A stretch of DNA of 64,000 nt from Parasphingorhabdus sp. (GCA_047615875.1 JBLHGU010000005.1:3432-67431), one strand, 5' to 3'; positions 35,152 to 45,632 are shown, counted from the stretch's first letter. Numbers and translations: made by a program. Notes: generated by a model from the letters alone, not told the origin.

Positions 35152-35285
35152 TTATCGCCATCCCGGCCTCCGAGCCAGGATCGCTAAGTGTAGCTAAATT
35201 ACTGGATCCCGGGTCAAGCCCGGGGCGACAATGCTGTTAGGTTATAGTTATTTCACCCTTAAGTAAGTGCCATTCATATCAAGCG

Positions 35286-36467
35286 CTACTTGGGCGTGAT
35301 CACTGGCATTTCACGAGATGCCCGACGAGTCAATAGCTCATAACCATCTTCGGTAATTACCAGATTTTCTTCATGCACAAGCATTTTTCCTGGCAAGAAT
35401 TCCATGCCTGGCTCAATTGTCATCACCATACCGGGTTGTAATAAGGTTCTATCACCAGGCATATTCGATGGTGGTTCAGTCAGGTGCAAACCAAGTCCAT
35501 GACCGTACCTGCCAACATCATTACCAGAAGATGCTCCGGCAGCCTCCAACACCTTGTTCTGTGCTGCCCACAGATCTTCAGACGTAAGACCCGGTCTCGC
35601 CGCGTCGATGCCAGCCTGAGTAGCATTCCAGACCGCTTCGTGGGCGCGTTTCGCGGCATCACTGATGTGACCAAAGGCGAAATTACGATCGAAATCGCAA
35701 AAGTAGGCGTCAAATTGCAGGCCGGTATCGATAAACATTATCTGCCCGTCAGTTTGCGGAGTTTCCTGTGGGCCTACAATGATTTGTGAGTAGCCTCCTG
35801 GTCCGGAACAGACTGAAACAAAGGGCGCATTATCCGTGCCGCACTCAAAAGCGGCCTTACGAAAGTCCCGCGCCATCTCTACTTCTGTATCACCATAATT
35901 TACGCGCTCAAGGAACAGGTCGAAGGCGTCGCTACCAACACGACAGGCCTCTCGTACCTTATCAATCTCTCGCTCCGATTTGATCATGCGTAGCCCCCAA
36001 ATTAAAGGCGACGCATCAACAAACTCTATGCCAATGATTTGTTTGCGCAGTCGATCGAAGTCGATAATGGGCATGCGAATGATGGATTCCCGACCCATTT
36101 CCCAGCCGATTTTGCCAAACCGGCAGGGTAAACCACTGAGCGTGTTGTCCAGCAAACTAACACCGTCATCTTCTGGACAAGGTGCCGCCCAGGTACGGAT
36201 ATCTGTCACCCAGGTGGTTTCCATGGCGGGTCCACCGATTGAAGGCACCACCGCGATTGGTGCGCCTTCTCTTGGGACAACAATGAAAAAAGGTCGTGTT
36301 GGGCTTTCCCAAAATTGCGAATTAAAACCAGAAAAATAACGAAAGTTCTGCGGCATGGAAAGCACAATGCCGTCCATCTCAGAAGCTGTCATAGCAATCT
36401 GTGCTTTAGCCACCCGGGCTTCGAATTCATCAGTGGGAAACCCACGTGGCGGTGTTTGATGTGACAT
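35286..36467 (-). CDS. M24-family pita-bread-fold hydrolase (creatinase / Xaa-Pro dipeptidase / ectoine-hydrolase-like)
   Basis: It has an N-terminal creatinase-like domain. The C-terminal metal motifs are FIDTG..FDAYFCDFDR, GHGLGLHLTEPP and MVMTIEPG..LVHEEN. Confidence 0.8.
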   Translation of the reverse strand: MSHQTPPRGFPTDEFEARVAKAQIAMTASEMDGIVLSMPQNFRYFSGFNSQFWESPTRPFFIVVPREGAPIAVVPSIGGPAMETTWVTDIRTWAAPCPEDDGVSLLDNTLSGLPCRFGKIGWEMGRESIIRMPIIDFDRLRKQIIGIEFVDASPLIWGLRMIKSEREIDKVREACRVGSDAFDLFLERVNYGDTEVEMARDFRKAAFECGTDNAPFVSVCSGPGGYSQIIVGPQETPQTDGQIMFIDTGLQFDAYFCDFDRNFAFGHISDAAKRAHEAVWNATQAGIDAARPGLTSEDLWAAQNKVLEAAGASSGNDVGRYGHGLGLHLTEPPSNMPGDRTLLQPGMVMTIEPGMEFLPGKMLVHEENLVITEDGYELLTRRASREMPVITPK

Positions 36468-36470
36468 GGC

Positions 36471-37334
36471 TTATTTTGCTTTGGCTTGTTGTTCAAAGAA
36501 TGAAGCGCCCTTTGGCACTTCAGGATATAGCATTTGATAGTCACTACAGCGCACTCTACCGGTATGTGTTCCACGCACCACTTCGCCCATGTAAATGCTG
36601 GGAATGTGATTTTCCTGTAAGGGGTAGGTATCTTCCGCGCAATATTCACAAATAAAGAGCGTGCGTGGGGTGTTGGACAGATTAGGCGCGGAACCATGCA
36701 ATAGCAGGGTATGCATTAAACAGGCCGATCCGGCGGGACCATAACAGGGCTGCGCGCGCGACTGCATTTCAGTTATCACGTCATCGCTTACGGTTCCAGT
36801 GAACACGCCATCGTGCCAGTGTTCATAGAGTGGTCCTTTGTGAGAACCCGGTATTATTTCCAGTGGACCATTTTCAGGTGTTACATCATCCAGAAAGAAC
36901 AACACGGTTATCAGGTCGCTATTAGTGTGCGGCTCAAACAGAAAGTCCTGATGATACTTAACCTGGGTAGCGGCGCCGGGCTGTTTGGAATTAATCTTTG
37001 CATTGTTGAACTTTAGATTCTCATTGACGATTTCAGCAACAGCATCCAGGGCCCGGTTGTTGCGCATCACATTCAAATAGGTCTCAGAAATTTCTATAGG
37101 TGAGGCGATACGCCGAAGAGCAGGTTTGTCAGCAGTGTGCCCCGGTTCAATATCAAATCTGGCGCGCTTGTCATAGGTCTCACCATAGGGTTTCGAATGC
37201 GAGCGACTCTGCTCTTTCCATTGTTCAAACTCCAGGTTGAGCTGGTCCAATGTATCTTGGGGAATGGCATTTTCAAGGAAAAGAAAACCATCGTTAGCAA
37301 ATTGTTCTACCTGGAGTTTTGTGAGTGTCGACAT
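36471..37334 (-). CDS. Phytanoyl-CoA dioxygenase (PhyH) family Fe(II)/2OG oxygenase
   Basis: N-terminal QVEQFANDGFLFLENAI, HxD (YHQDFLF), GPLEIIPGSHKG, LLHGSAPN. Confidence 0.75.
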   Translation of the reverse strand: MSTLTKLQVEQFANDGFLFLENAIPQDTLDQLNLEFEQWKEQSRSHSKPYGETYDKRARFDIEPGHTADKPALRRIASPIEISETYLNVMRNNRALDAVAEIVNENLKFNNAKINSKQPGAATQVKYHQDFLFEPHTNSDLITVLFFLDDVTPENGPLEIIPGSHKGPLYEHWHDGVFTGTVSDDVITEMQSRAQPCYGPAGSACLMHTLLLHGSAPNLSNTPRTLFICEYCAEDTYPLQENHIPSIYMGEVVRGTHTGRVRCSDYQMLYPEVPKGASFFEQQAKAK

Positions 37335-37347
37335 CTTGGTTTTACAT

Positions 37348-39801
37348 TTAGGAGAACATATGTTTATTTTGCGGATCGAAGAATGGCTTCAAACTAACCT
37401 CGGCGGCAATCTGTCTGCCTTCTACCAGAACCGAATAGGAACCGTTAAGCAATGACTGCTTATCCGTCTCATCTACCGCCAGATCGACGAAACATAAGCC
37501 AACCGCTGTGTTAAGAGTTTGCCCATAGGCACCTGCAGTTACATATCCTGCGACTTTGCCATCACGCAGCACTGGTTCATTATGATGCAACAGTGGCTGA
37601 TTGTCGGTCAGCTTGACTGAACATAAAAACGGGCCTGAGTTTTCCGCTTTGCGCTGCAGATAAGCGTCTCGACCAATAAAGGCTATCGGCTTATTAGTTT
37701 TACATAAATACTCAAGGCCCAGTTGGTGCGGCGATTCGGTATAAGCCATATCGTGTCCCCAATGCAGAAAGCCCTTTTCTATGCGTAGGGAATTAAGTGC
37801 TTCGCCGCCGATTGGTCGCATCCGATAGTTTTGCCCCGCCTGCCATAAAACTTCGAAAACATGTTCAGCAAAATCTGCTGTGATGAAAACTTCCCAGCCC
37901 AATTCACCCGAATAGGAAATTCGTTGTGCCATAACCTTTGCGTGACCAATATAGAATTCCTGCAGGCTACCAAATGGAAACGCCTCGTTTGACACATCAA
38001 TATCACTAACCGCACCTAACAGGTCTCGACTATCTGGCCCCATAATACCGAGTACACCAAAGGCCGATGTAACATCTCGAAGACGCACATCCTCGTCCAA
38101 CAAAATATGATTTCGCAGATAAACAGAGTCACGGCGGGTGTGAGAGATGGAACTCATCAGCATAAAAGACTCATCACCATGACGGGCGACCGTCACATCG
38201 CTTTCAACGCCGCCGCGTTCATTCAACATCAATGTGTAAGCCAGACGGCCATTCGGCAAAGCCATATTATTGGTGCAAAGCCGCTGCAGGAAGACTTCTG
38301 CACCGGATCCCTCGACCATTAGTTTTCCTAGCATGGAGTAATCAATTATCGCGACCCTCTCGCGCGCCGCTTGTTGTTCCTCCAGAGCGTAGTTAAACCA
38401 GTTTTGTCTGCCGAAGCTGTACTCATACTTCGGTTCAATTCCTTCCGGCGCGAACCAACCCGGTCGCTCCCAGCCTTGTGCTTCGGTATAACAGGCACCG
38501 AGTTGCTTGAGGGTGTGATAAAACGGTGTTCGACGCAAGTTTCGTGCTGTTGTGCGCTGATAATTAGGCCAATGCATAGCATAGGTTAAGGTCAGGGTTT
38601 CCGGGCTACGCTCACGCAAATAGATATCGCGGGCCTGAAATTCCTCACAACGTGTCGGATCCATTTCGCTTAAATCCATTGGCGGGTGCCCATTCATTAT
38701 CCAGTCAGCCAGCGCTCGTCCCGCGCCGGGACCCGATTGGATACCAGTGGAATTCACCCCCCCGAGAACAAAGTAATTTTTTAAATCAGGTGCTTCGCCC
38801 AGAGTAAATCGTCCATCGTAGGAATAGCTTTCCGGCCCGTTAAAGAAAGTTCGTATGCCGACCTCCTGTAATAGCGGAACTCTGTTCATTGCCAACTCCA
38901 GAACATCCATGACATCGTCTTCGACAAATGGCAAAGAGTCGAAGCAAAATGATTCCGGAATGCCCTGTACTCCCCAGGGCCTGGCCTGATTATGAGCAAA
39001 ACCAAACAACAATTTGCCGGCATCTTCCTTAAAGTAGGTTCCATCGCAGTAAGAGCGCAACACCGGGAGATCATTGGGTAAATCCGCGATGGGCTCGGTA
39101 ACCAGATAGTAGTGTTCGCAGGCATGCAGAGGCACGCCTACACCATTCTGTTGGCCTAATTCCCGTGCCCACATGCCGGCACAATTGACTACAAAATCTG
39201 CTGTGATAGTACCCAGTTCAGTACGCACACCGGTGGCTCGCCCGGCACTTTCCAGTACCTGTTCTACCTTAATATTTTCAAACAGTTTTGCACCCCGGGC
39301 CCGAGCACCTTTGGCAAGTGCCGAAGTTAAATCTGTTGGATTTGCCGAACCATCGCTGGGCATATAAATTCCACCTAACACACCATCCGGATTCATCAAC
39401 GGCCAACGTTCCTGAATTTCGGGCAAGCTCAGGTAATGTGCTTCGATATCAAACAACGCTGCAAAATCTGCCTTACGCTTCAATTCCGCTAGTCGTTCTT
39501 CATTAATGGCAATGGATATTGAACCACTACGTCTATAGCCAGGGTTTTGACCGGTATCAGCCTCCAGCTCTTCCAGCAACTCAATGCCATATTTAGCGAA
39601 TGCGGTAGTTGAATGACTGCCCTGTAGCTGCCCAACTAAACCAGCCGCATGCCAGGTGGTACCAGAAGTAAGTTGTTTACGTTCAAGTAATACAACATCT
39701 GTCCAACCCTGTTTAGCAAGGTGATAGGCTACGGAACAGCCATGAATACCCCCACCTATAATAACAACCGAGGCATGGTTGGGTAGTTGCTTAGTTGACA
39801 A
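37348..39801 (-). CDS. FAD-dependent oxidoreductase fused to a GcvT-like folate-binding domain (dimethylglycine/sarcosine dehydrogenase-like)
   Basis: 817 aa. It has an N-terminal dinucleotide fold VVIIGGGIHGCSVAYHLAK (DAO domain) and a C-terminal aminomethyltransferase domain (SYSGELGWEVF, RIEKGFLHWG). Confidence 0.85.
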   Translation of the reverse strand: MSTKQLPNHASVVIIGGGIHGCSVAYHLAKQGWTDVVLLERKQLTSGTTWHAAGLVGQLQGSHSTTAFAKYGIELLEELEADTGQNPGYRRSGSISIAINEERLAELKRKADFAALFDIEAHYLSLPEIQERWPLMNPDGVLGGIYMPSDGSANPTDLTSALAKGARARGAKLFENIKVEQVLESAGRATGVRTELGTITADFVVNCAGMWARELGQQNGVGVPLHACEHYYLVTEPIADLPNDLPVLRSYCDGTYFKEDAGKLLFGFAHNQARPWGVQGIPESFCFDSLPFVEDDVMDVLELAMNRVPLLQEVGIRTFFNGPESYSYDGRFTLGEAPDLKNYFVLGGVNSTGIQSGPGAGRALADWIMNGHPPMDLSEMDPTRCEEFQARDIYLRERSPETLTLTYAMHWPNYQRTTARNLRRTPFYHTLKQLGACYTEAQGWERPGWFAPEGIEPKYEYSFGRQNWFNYALEEQQAARERVAIIDYSMLGKLMVEGSGAEVFLQRLCTNNMALPNGRLAYTLMLNERGGVESDVTVARHGDESFMLMSSISHTRRDSVYLRNHILLDEDVRLRDVTSAFGVLGIMGPDSRDLLGAVSDIDVSNEAFPFGSLQEFYIGHAKVMAQRISYSGELGWEVFITADFAEHVFEVLWQAGQNYRMRPIGGEALNSLRIEKGFLHWGHDMAYTESPHQLGLEYLCKTNKPIAFIGRDAYLQRKAENSGPFLCSVKLTDNQPLLHHNEPVLRDGKVAGYVTAGAYGQTLNTAVGLCFVDLAVDETDKQSLLNGSYSVLVEGRQIAAEVSLKPFFDPQNKHMFS

Positions 39802-39834
39802 TGCGGTAGCCTTGCAGAAAATAGGTGCAGATTT

Positions 39835-40698
39835 TTAGTCGGGGTTTTGCGCTGTAATGATCCAAGCACTGGATGGCGCCCAGACTTTGCCATCTTCACG
39901 GATATACTTTTGGAACGCTTTCGTTAACGCCTGTCTGACTTCCGGCATCTTGCGTTCACCCTCGTCTTCGGCCAATCGAATTATTTCACCCGCAGGTCCA
40001 TAGGCCAATGCAAACTCAACTGCCTCGTTTATATCGTCGCCAATAGAAACCTCGGTATCAAATCGTTCGAAGCTGATGTGCTGCCAACCGGTGACTTTCA
40101 ACATTTCGCTAACCATATCTGGACCCGCCATAGAGAATGGACCAGGACCGCAATGAACTGCATCGGTATCATCGTGAGAGACCACAGGCACAAGTTCTTT
40201 TGCACACAACTCCGCATCATGCAGCCAGGGATTATCTTCTCGTTTGCGCCAGACTACCTGCGTAAAAGTGCCTCCTGGTTTTAAAGACGTTCGAATATTC
40301 CGCATTGCCAGGCCGGGAAGATTAAAGAACATCGTGCCAAAGCGTGAAAAGGCCGCATCATAGGGTCCATTCAAATCATCGACAGAGACATCAGCGACAA
40401 AAAACCTGCAATTGTCAGCTTTGGCTACCTGCGCATCTTGCTTGGCCGCAGCGACAAAGTTTTCAGCACAATCAACACCAACGGCCTCTCCATCGCTACC
40501 AATAGCTCTGGCTATATCAATGGTACTGTCACCAAATCCACAGCCGACATCCAACACTTTTGAACCTGGCTTGAATGTTTCCTGACCCAGTACATGATTA
40601 CTATGTGCTACGAGCCCATCCATAAAAATATGCTTGAATCGCAGATACTTCTGAAACAAAACTGTATTCCAGGCTTCGATAATAATGTCGTTACTCAT
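39835..40698 (-). CDS. Class I SAM-dependent methyltransferase
   Basis: Motif I VLDVGCGFGDST and the post-I acidic residue (VGVDCAE). 287 aa. Confidence 0.75.
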   Translation of the reverse strand: MSNDIIIEAWNTVLFQKYLRFKHIFMDGLVAHSNHVLGQETFKPGSKVLDVGCGFGDSTIDIARAIGSDGEAVGVDCAENFVAAAKQDAQVAKADNCRFFVADVSVDDLNGPYDAAFSRFGTMFFNLPGLAMRNIRTSLKPGGTFTQVVWRKREDNPWLHDAELCAKELVPVVSHDDTDAVHCGPGPFSMAGPDMVSEMLKVTGWQHISFERFDTEVSIGDDINEAVEFALAYGPAGEIIRLAEDEGERKMPEVRQALTKAFQKYIREDGKVWAPSSAWIITAQNPD

Positions 40699-40860
40699 TT
40701 GCTTTCCAATGACGGTAGATAGACCTTAATTATTTATTCGGGCTTAGCACAAATATTCAGGATAATTCTGAAGCAAATTAGTCTGTACTGCCAACACTAT
40801 TTTAGTTTTGAGGGCTGCCAGGACCCCGCTATGCTTTCTGATTGACTACAAACCGGCGAA

Positions 40861-41994
40861 CTAGTTACCAATGTCGATTTCCTGATCTATGAACCGTCCC
40901 TGACTTCTCAACATCGGCAGCAGTATCCCATCTGCATAGGCACAGCCCGTATCTCCGGGATCATTTTGGCCTGTTTTACTGGCATCTTCTGGTCGGTGGC
41001 CCAGGCCGGACTGAAGATGCCCCAGTAATCTTTTATAACCAGGTTGCCAGGCTTCGATTTGCTTAAACCGTTGGCGCAAGCCTTGTAAAATTGCCATACC
41101 GCTAAAATCAAGATCGCCAAAAAATCGGCTCTGAAGTTGTGGTGTATTTTCAAACCACCAGTTGCTGAACTGCTCTTCAGCCTGTCTGGCTGAGCGCTGA
41201 TGGAAATGGAAACTAACAGAATCTGAGTGGCGTATACGCTGGGCTGCACCGCGAAAGCCAGCGGCGTATACCAATGCCGTATCACTAAACTCTGAACCTC
41301 CACTAAGTGTCGCAGCAGTGTAGTTGTCTTGATTTTCGATGAATAAGATATCTTTTAGCGTAGCTGGCAAGCAGACATTAACCACCAGCTTACGTTGTGG
41401 AAAGTCTATATCCGGAAAACAGGCACACAGATACTCAATGCGATTATCGAGTACTTTAGAACGGCCTGTAAAACACAACGCGCTCAATTGACGCACACTC
41501 ACAATCTTACGACAACTTGCTAGCTCGGGTATTCGGTTCAAGGCAGCAATGACCTGGTCGGCCTGCATACCAGCTATAGGTATGGGATGTTCATACAAAT
41601 ATTCTGTATTGCCAGAAAACAGATTGGCTTGTACTGCTTGTCGCCAACAGTCGCTGTAATTCTGTTGACACTCTCGACCAAGCCACTGACGCACGACCGA
41701 TTCTGAGCGATCAACAATGCTTACTCTCACCTTTTCAAACTCCGCAGCGAAAGGTGGTCTCTTGTGGTTCAGTCGTAATGTGATTACGGCATGTTCGGAT
41801 TCAAGTGACCTGATTAACTGCCAACTCCGATCAGCCTGATTGTCTAAACGAAATAAAACCGGAAAACGTTTGTTGGTTAATGTAATGGCTACGGGCCGAC
41901 TTCTTTGATCAGCTGGAATCTTATCCAGAAGATCAAGCAAGCCAGATAAAAGAGCCACAATTTCCGGCTCATCACTTAACCAGGGCGGCCTCAT
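40861..41994 (-). CDS. jetD: Wadjet nuclease subunit JetD (DUF3322 + Toprim-like DUF2220)
   Basis: 377 aa. Toprim-type acidic motifs ILFIENQDNY and FFGDLDFSGMAIL lie in the C-terminal half. 4-nt overlap with jetC (41991-41994). Confidence 0.8.
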   Translation of the reverse strand: MRPPWLSDEPEIVALLSGLLDLLDKIPADQRSRPVAITLTNKRFPVLFRLDNQADRSWQLIRSLESEHAVITLRLNHKRPPFAAEFEKVRVSIVDRSESVVRQWLGRECQQNYSDCWRQAVQANLFSGNTEYLYEHPIPIAGMQADQVIAALNRIPELASCRKIVSVRQLSALCFTGRSKVLDNRIEYLCACFPDIDFPQRKLVVNVCLPATLKDILFIENQDNYTAATLSGGSEFSDTALVYAAGFRGAAQRIRHSDSVSFHFHQRSARQAEEQFSNWWFENTPQLQSRFFGDLDFSGMAILQGLRQRFKQIEAWQPGYKRLLGHLQSGLGHRPEDASKTGQNDPGDTGCAYADGILLPMLRSQGRFIDQEIDIGN

Positions 41995-44900
41995 GACTCC
42001 ATGAATTCAGCCATAAAATCCAGTTCTGCCTGCTGATGGACCGTACGCCGATGGTTAGCCCACAGGTCCTGAATTTTCCCCTGATTACAGACTTTACGAT
42101 CCACCAGAACACGAGTTTGCAATTGGCCTCTAGGTTCAACACTGGGGCATTTGGCAAACACGAACTCGTTACTAATCAGATCCATGTAAGGACCACATTT
42201 GCTGGTGGGCATGATAAAAATCAGTTGTAAACCAAGTGATTCGGTCAGGTAATTAATAACTTCTCGGGAGCGAGTTTCGTCCATTTTCGAAAACGCCTCA
42301 TCCACCAACACCATACGTAAGTGCGTGCTGCCTTCGGAAAACCGGAAGGCCGAAGTAATCGCTGCGGAACGGATAATGTAGGCTGGAGTTTCAAGCTGAC
42401 CACCACTGCCTGTGCCATATTCACTCAGCGCAATGGCCGGTTTATCTTTTACTTCTTTATAAATTTCGTACTTTTTATAATTTCGATAATCTGCCAGTCG
42501 CGCCAGTTCCTGAAAAGCTCGCTGCTCATCTTCATTAAGCAGCAAAGCCATTAACCCATCACGCACCCGACACATCCGCTCGCTGAACTGCGCCTCAAAC
42601 AAAGTGCTTTGCTCTCCCAATACAGGATTGGTGACTACCTCCTTGAAGAACTTCGCATAATCCTGAAATTCTGGAATCCAGCTGCTATCAAAGCGGAAAG
42701 TCTCAAGATCAGAACCAAAGTGGTGCTGAGTCAATTCACGGTTAAGGTGCTTAATCTGTCGATCGCCATCCTGAATAGCCTGATGAATGGCATGGCACAG
42801 GTGGGAGACGAAAGCATTGTTGAAACTGAGTTTTAGTTGTTCAAGCTGCTGTTGCTTATCCAACAGGATATTATTCTTTAGAATATTAAATACTCGATCG
42901 ATTTCGCCCTGCAAGCTACAGATTGTTGCGAAAAGCCTGGCATCGTAGCTACCTTCAAAACCGGTATACACGATGGCATCCCCAGGCCGGCAACGCTGAT
43001 TATGCTGCGATACTGCTTCGCTCATGTCACGTTCCCGTGTATTGAGCTGCTTGAGCAATTGCTCGCGCTGGCTTTCTGCCAATTCTGGGGTCAGGTCTCG
43101 AGCTTCTGAGTCTGCACTTTCCAGGCGTTGATCTGGGTCAAAGTCTGGCCAGGCAGCGCTGATCGTCTGTAGCGCTTCCTCAGCTCTCTCGACATCTTTG
43201 AGAGTATTTTCCTGTTGCTTGCTCAGTTGATTACAGAGTTTTTCGATATCATCTAACTGACGATTGAAATCGCCGACATCGCGATTAAGTTTTTGGAATT
43301 TTTCTTCCAGCTCGGCCTCTTCCTGTTTGAGCTTTCCAAGCTCACTTTCCAGCGCCTGATGCTCACTTAAATCCAGTCCCTTAATCAGGGCATTGAGTCG
43401 GGAGATCTCACGATGAGTCATTAACATGGCGTTAAATACCTCGGCAAATTCAAGCGCCCCCAGGCCTTCGACATTTTTACGTAAGCCGGCAATCAGCTGC
43501 ATGCTGTCATTGGCCCTCGCCCAATCGATTTCGATTCGATCAAGCTCCTGTAACTTGGCTTTTAGAGCGCGCTGTCTTGCAGCCGCACCAAACACCAGTT
43601 CCGAGTCCGGAATATCACAACGCCACATACTATAGTTGCCCGAACCAAGCCCTTCCATGGTGATGCCACGGCGGGTATTTCGCAGAGTTTCGGCGCAATC
43701 AACACGGGCCACACTGCCATAACTTGCCATGACATAATCTCTGGCAACACTATGGGAAAACTCCAATGTATGGATGATGGAGTCAGTGTCCAGCTTCAAT
43801 CGCGCCGCATCACGGCTGGCCTTATGGCCCTGAATAATACGTGCCCGATTGTCACGTCCACTTAAGGCTCGAACGATACTGATCGCTTGTGCCTCGTGAA
43901 CATGCTCAACAAGAATAGAAAATCGTGCGCCACCAAGATAACCTTCGATGGCGGATTGCCAGCGCTCATCTTTCACATCAACGTGATCACATAGCACCCG
44001 CGGATCTGCCGCAGGACACTGATGGCGAATGGCGTTTAAAGCGCGTTCCACATAAGCCGGATAGCTAACCCGTTTGCCTTCCAGTCGCTCGATCTCATGG
44101 TTCTTAGTCTGGCGTTGCTGGCTTAACCGTTCATAACGGCTTTCCTGTTCGTGTTCGAGCTTGCCCAGACGTCGAGCCAGACTGCCACCCGGCATTAAGC
44201 TTTCATCATGCCAGTGAGCTACCCAGTTATTGTGCTGGGTCTGTGCCACCCTGGCTTTGTCGAGATCCTGCTCCAGCGCACCAAGGTCGCCGGTAACATC
44301 TCGCTGTAGAAGATCATGTAACTCAATATGGTTGGCCCTGGCATTATCCAGCAACTCCTTTAGTAATGAATTAGTTTCCAGGGTTCCAAGCTCGGGGAAC
44401 TGATCGACCAGTTCCGGATCAACGATCATATTGATAATCTGGCGACTGAGAGTCAGGTTCTTCTGTAGTTGTTGATCCTGAATCAGCAGATTACGGGACT
44501 GATCAACTAATTCTCGGTCAGCTTTGCCAAGAGTTGCTTCAAGTTCATCCTTTTGTTGCAGTGCCAAAATGCCGAGCCGTTGAGCCTCCAGCGTAACCAG
44601 CTGACTATGAATGTTATCGCGCAACTGTCGTGAACGAATGATTTCGCCATCGGTTTCGCTGATGCTCCTCAATAGTTTTTTTCGAGTCTTTCGAGCACTT
44701 AAGAATTCATCCTGGCGAATAAGAAATTCATGCTGATAAATTAAATAGTCCAGGACATTCAGCTCAATCCATTCATCGATATAAATCTGGCTCTGAATGC
44801 GTGCCTTGTCCAGAACATTGATAGATTCCTGTAGTTGGGTCGCTTCCCGCTCCATGCCATGAATGGTCTTTAGCTGGCTGGAAACCGAACGTACCGCTTC

Positions 44901-45632
44901 GCCGAGATCCTTACGTTCGAGAATCTCATCCCGGACGAATTCGTTAATGCTCTGCACAGGTTTATAGGCCATGAAACGCGAGAAAGCTCGTGCCGCGGCA
45001 ATAGCCTCGTGTTCGGTTACGGCATCGCGACGGCCTTTAAGGGCACCAAACAGGCGTCTTAAATAGGCCTTTTTGGTCTCGTACTTCTCAACATCACGTT
45101 TCCCATACTGCTGAATCAGGGAGTTGTGCATTTGATCCAGATGTTTTACCTGCCGCTGATCTCCCGTTCCCTGAACCAGTTCTGTTAACTCCAACTGTTG
45201 CCCAGGTAACAGAAAAAATTGCAGGTCTTCCTGCCGCGCCACTAACTGGCCACCAGATTGATCTAGCCACGCTCGTATGCCGATTAAAACACTAAAGGGC
45301 TCGGCATTTTCCCCACTGGTCGGATGAAAGATAGCCGCCAGATAGGCATCACAGGGTTCGGTTCGTGCATAGCTACCATCATCACAACCGAGAGCATAAG
45401 AGGCCAGGGTGCGTACCCGTTTGCCACCCCGACCACGCTGAGTGGTTTCGTCTTGGCCTGGATTGTATTGAAACAGGTTTTCATGAGCCGCTGTCATTAT
45501 GGTCTGTAGCGCATCGGCTGCTGTGGTCTTACCAGAGCCATTGCCACCGGACAACAGGTTTACCGGACCAAAATCGAATTCCAAATTTGGAATATTGCCC
45601 CAGTTAACAAACAGGAAACGCTTAAGAAACAT
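41991..45632 (-). CDS. jetC: Wadjet SMC-like ATPase JetC
   Basis: 1213 aa. It has an N-terminal Walker A LLSGGNGSGKTT and a very long E/Q/L/R-rich coiled-coil middle. The C-terminal end carries GSGGQ (signature-like) and Walker B MVLVDEAFSKMDE. Confidence 0.85.
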   Translation of the reverse strand: MFLKRFLFVNWGNIPNLEFDFGPVNLLSGGNGSGKTTAADALQTIMTAAHENLFQYNPGQDETTQRGRGGKRVRTLASYALGCDDGSYARTEPCDAYLAAIFHPTSGENAEPFSVLIGIRAWLDQSGGQLVARQEDLQFFLLPGQQLELTELVQGTGDQRQVKHLDQMHNSLIQQYGKRDVEKYETKKAYLRRLFGALKGRRDAVTEHEAIAAARAFSRFMAYKPVQSINEFVRDEILERKDLGEAVRSVSSQLKTIHGMEREATQLQESINVLDKARIQSQIYIDEWIELNVLDYLIYQHEFLIRQDEFLSARKTRKKLLRSISETDGEIIRSRQLRDNIHSQLVTLEAQRLGILALQQKDELEATLGKADRELVDQSRNLLIQDQQLQKNLTLSRQIINMIVDPELVDQFPELGTLETNSLLKELLDNARANHIELHDLLQRDVTGDLGALEQDLDKARVAQTQHNNWVAHWHDESLMPGGSLARRLGKLEHEQESRYERLSQQRQTKNHEIERLEGKRVSYPAYVERALNAIRHQCPAADPRVLCDHVDVKDERWQSAIEGYLGGARFSILVEHVHEAQAISIVRALSGRDNRARIIQGHKASRDAARLKLDTDSIIHTLEFSHSVARDYVMASYGSVARVDCAETLRNTRRGITMEGLGSGNYSMWRCDIPDSELVFGAAARQRALKAKLQELDRIEIDWARANDSMQLIAGLRKNVEGLGALEFAEVFNAMLMTHREISRLNALIKGLDLSEHQALESELGKLKQEEAELEEKFQKLNRDVGDFNRQLDDIEKLCNQLSKQQENTLKDVERAEEALQTISAAWPDFDPDQRLESADSEARDLTPELAESQREQLLKQLNTRERDMSEAVSQHNQRCRPGDAIVYTGFEGSYDARLFATICSLQGEIDRVFNILKNNILLDKQQQLEQLKLSFNNAFVSHLCHAIHQAIQDGDRQIKHLNRELTQHHFGSDLETFRFDSSWIPEFQDYAKFFKEVVTNPVLGEQSTLFEAQFSERMCRVRDGLMALLLNEDEQRAFQELARLADYRNYKKYEIYKEVKDKPAIALSEYGTGSGGQLETPAYIIRSAAITSAFRFSEGSTHLRMVLVDEAFSKMDETRSREVINYLTESLGLQLIFIMPTSKCGPYMDLISNEFVFAKCPSVEPRGQLQTRVLVDRKVCNQGKIQDLWANHRRTVHQQAELDFMAEFMES

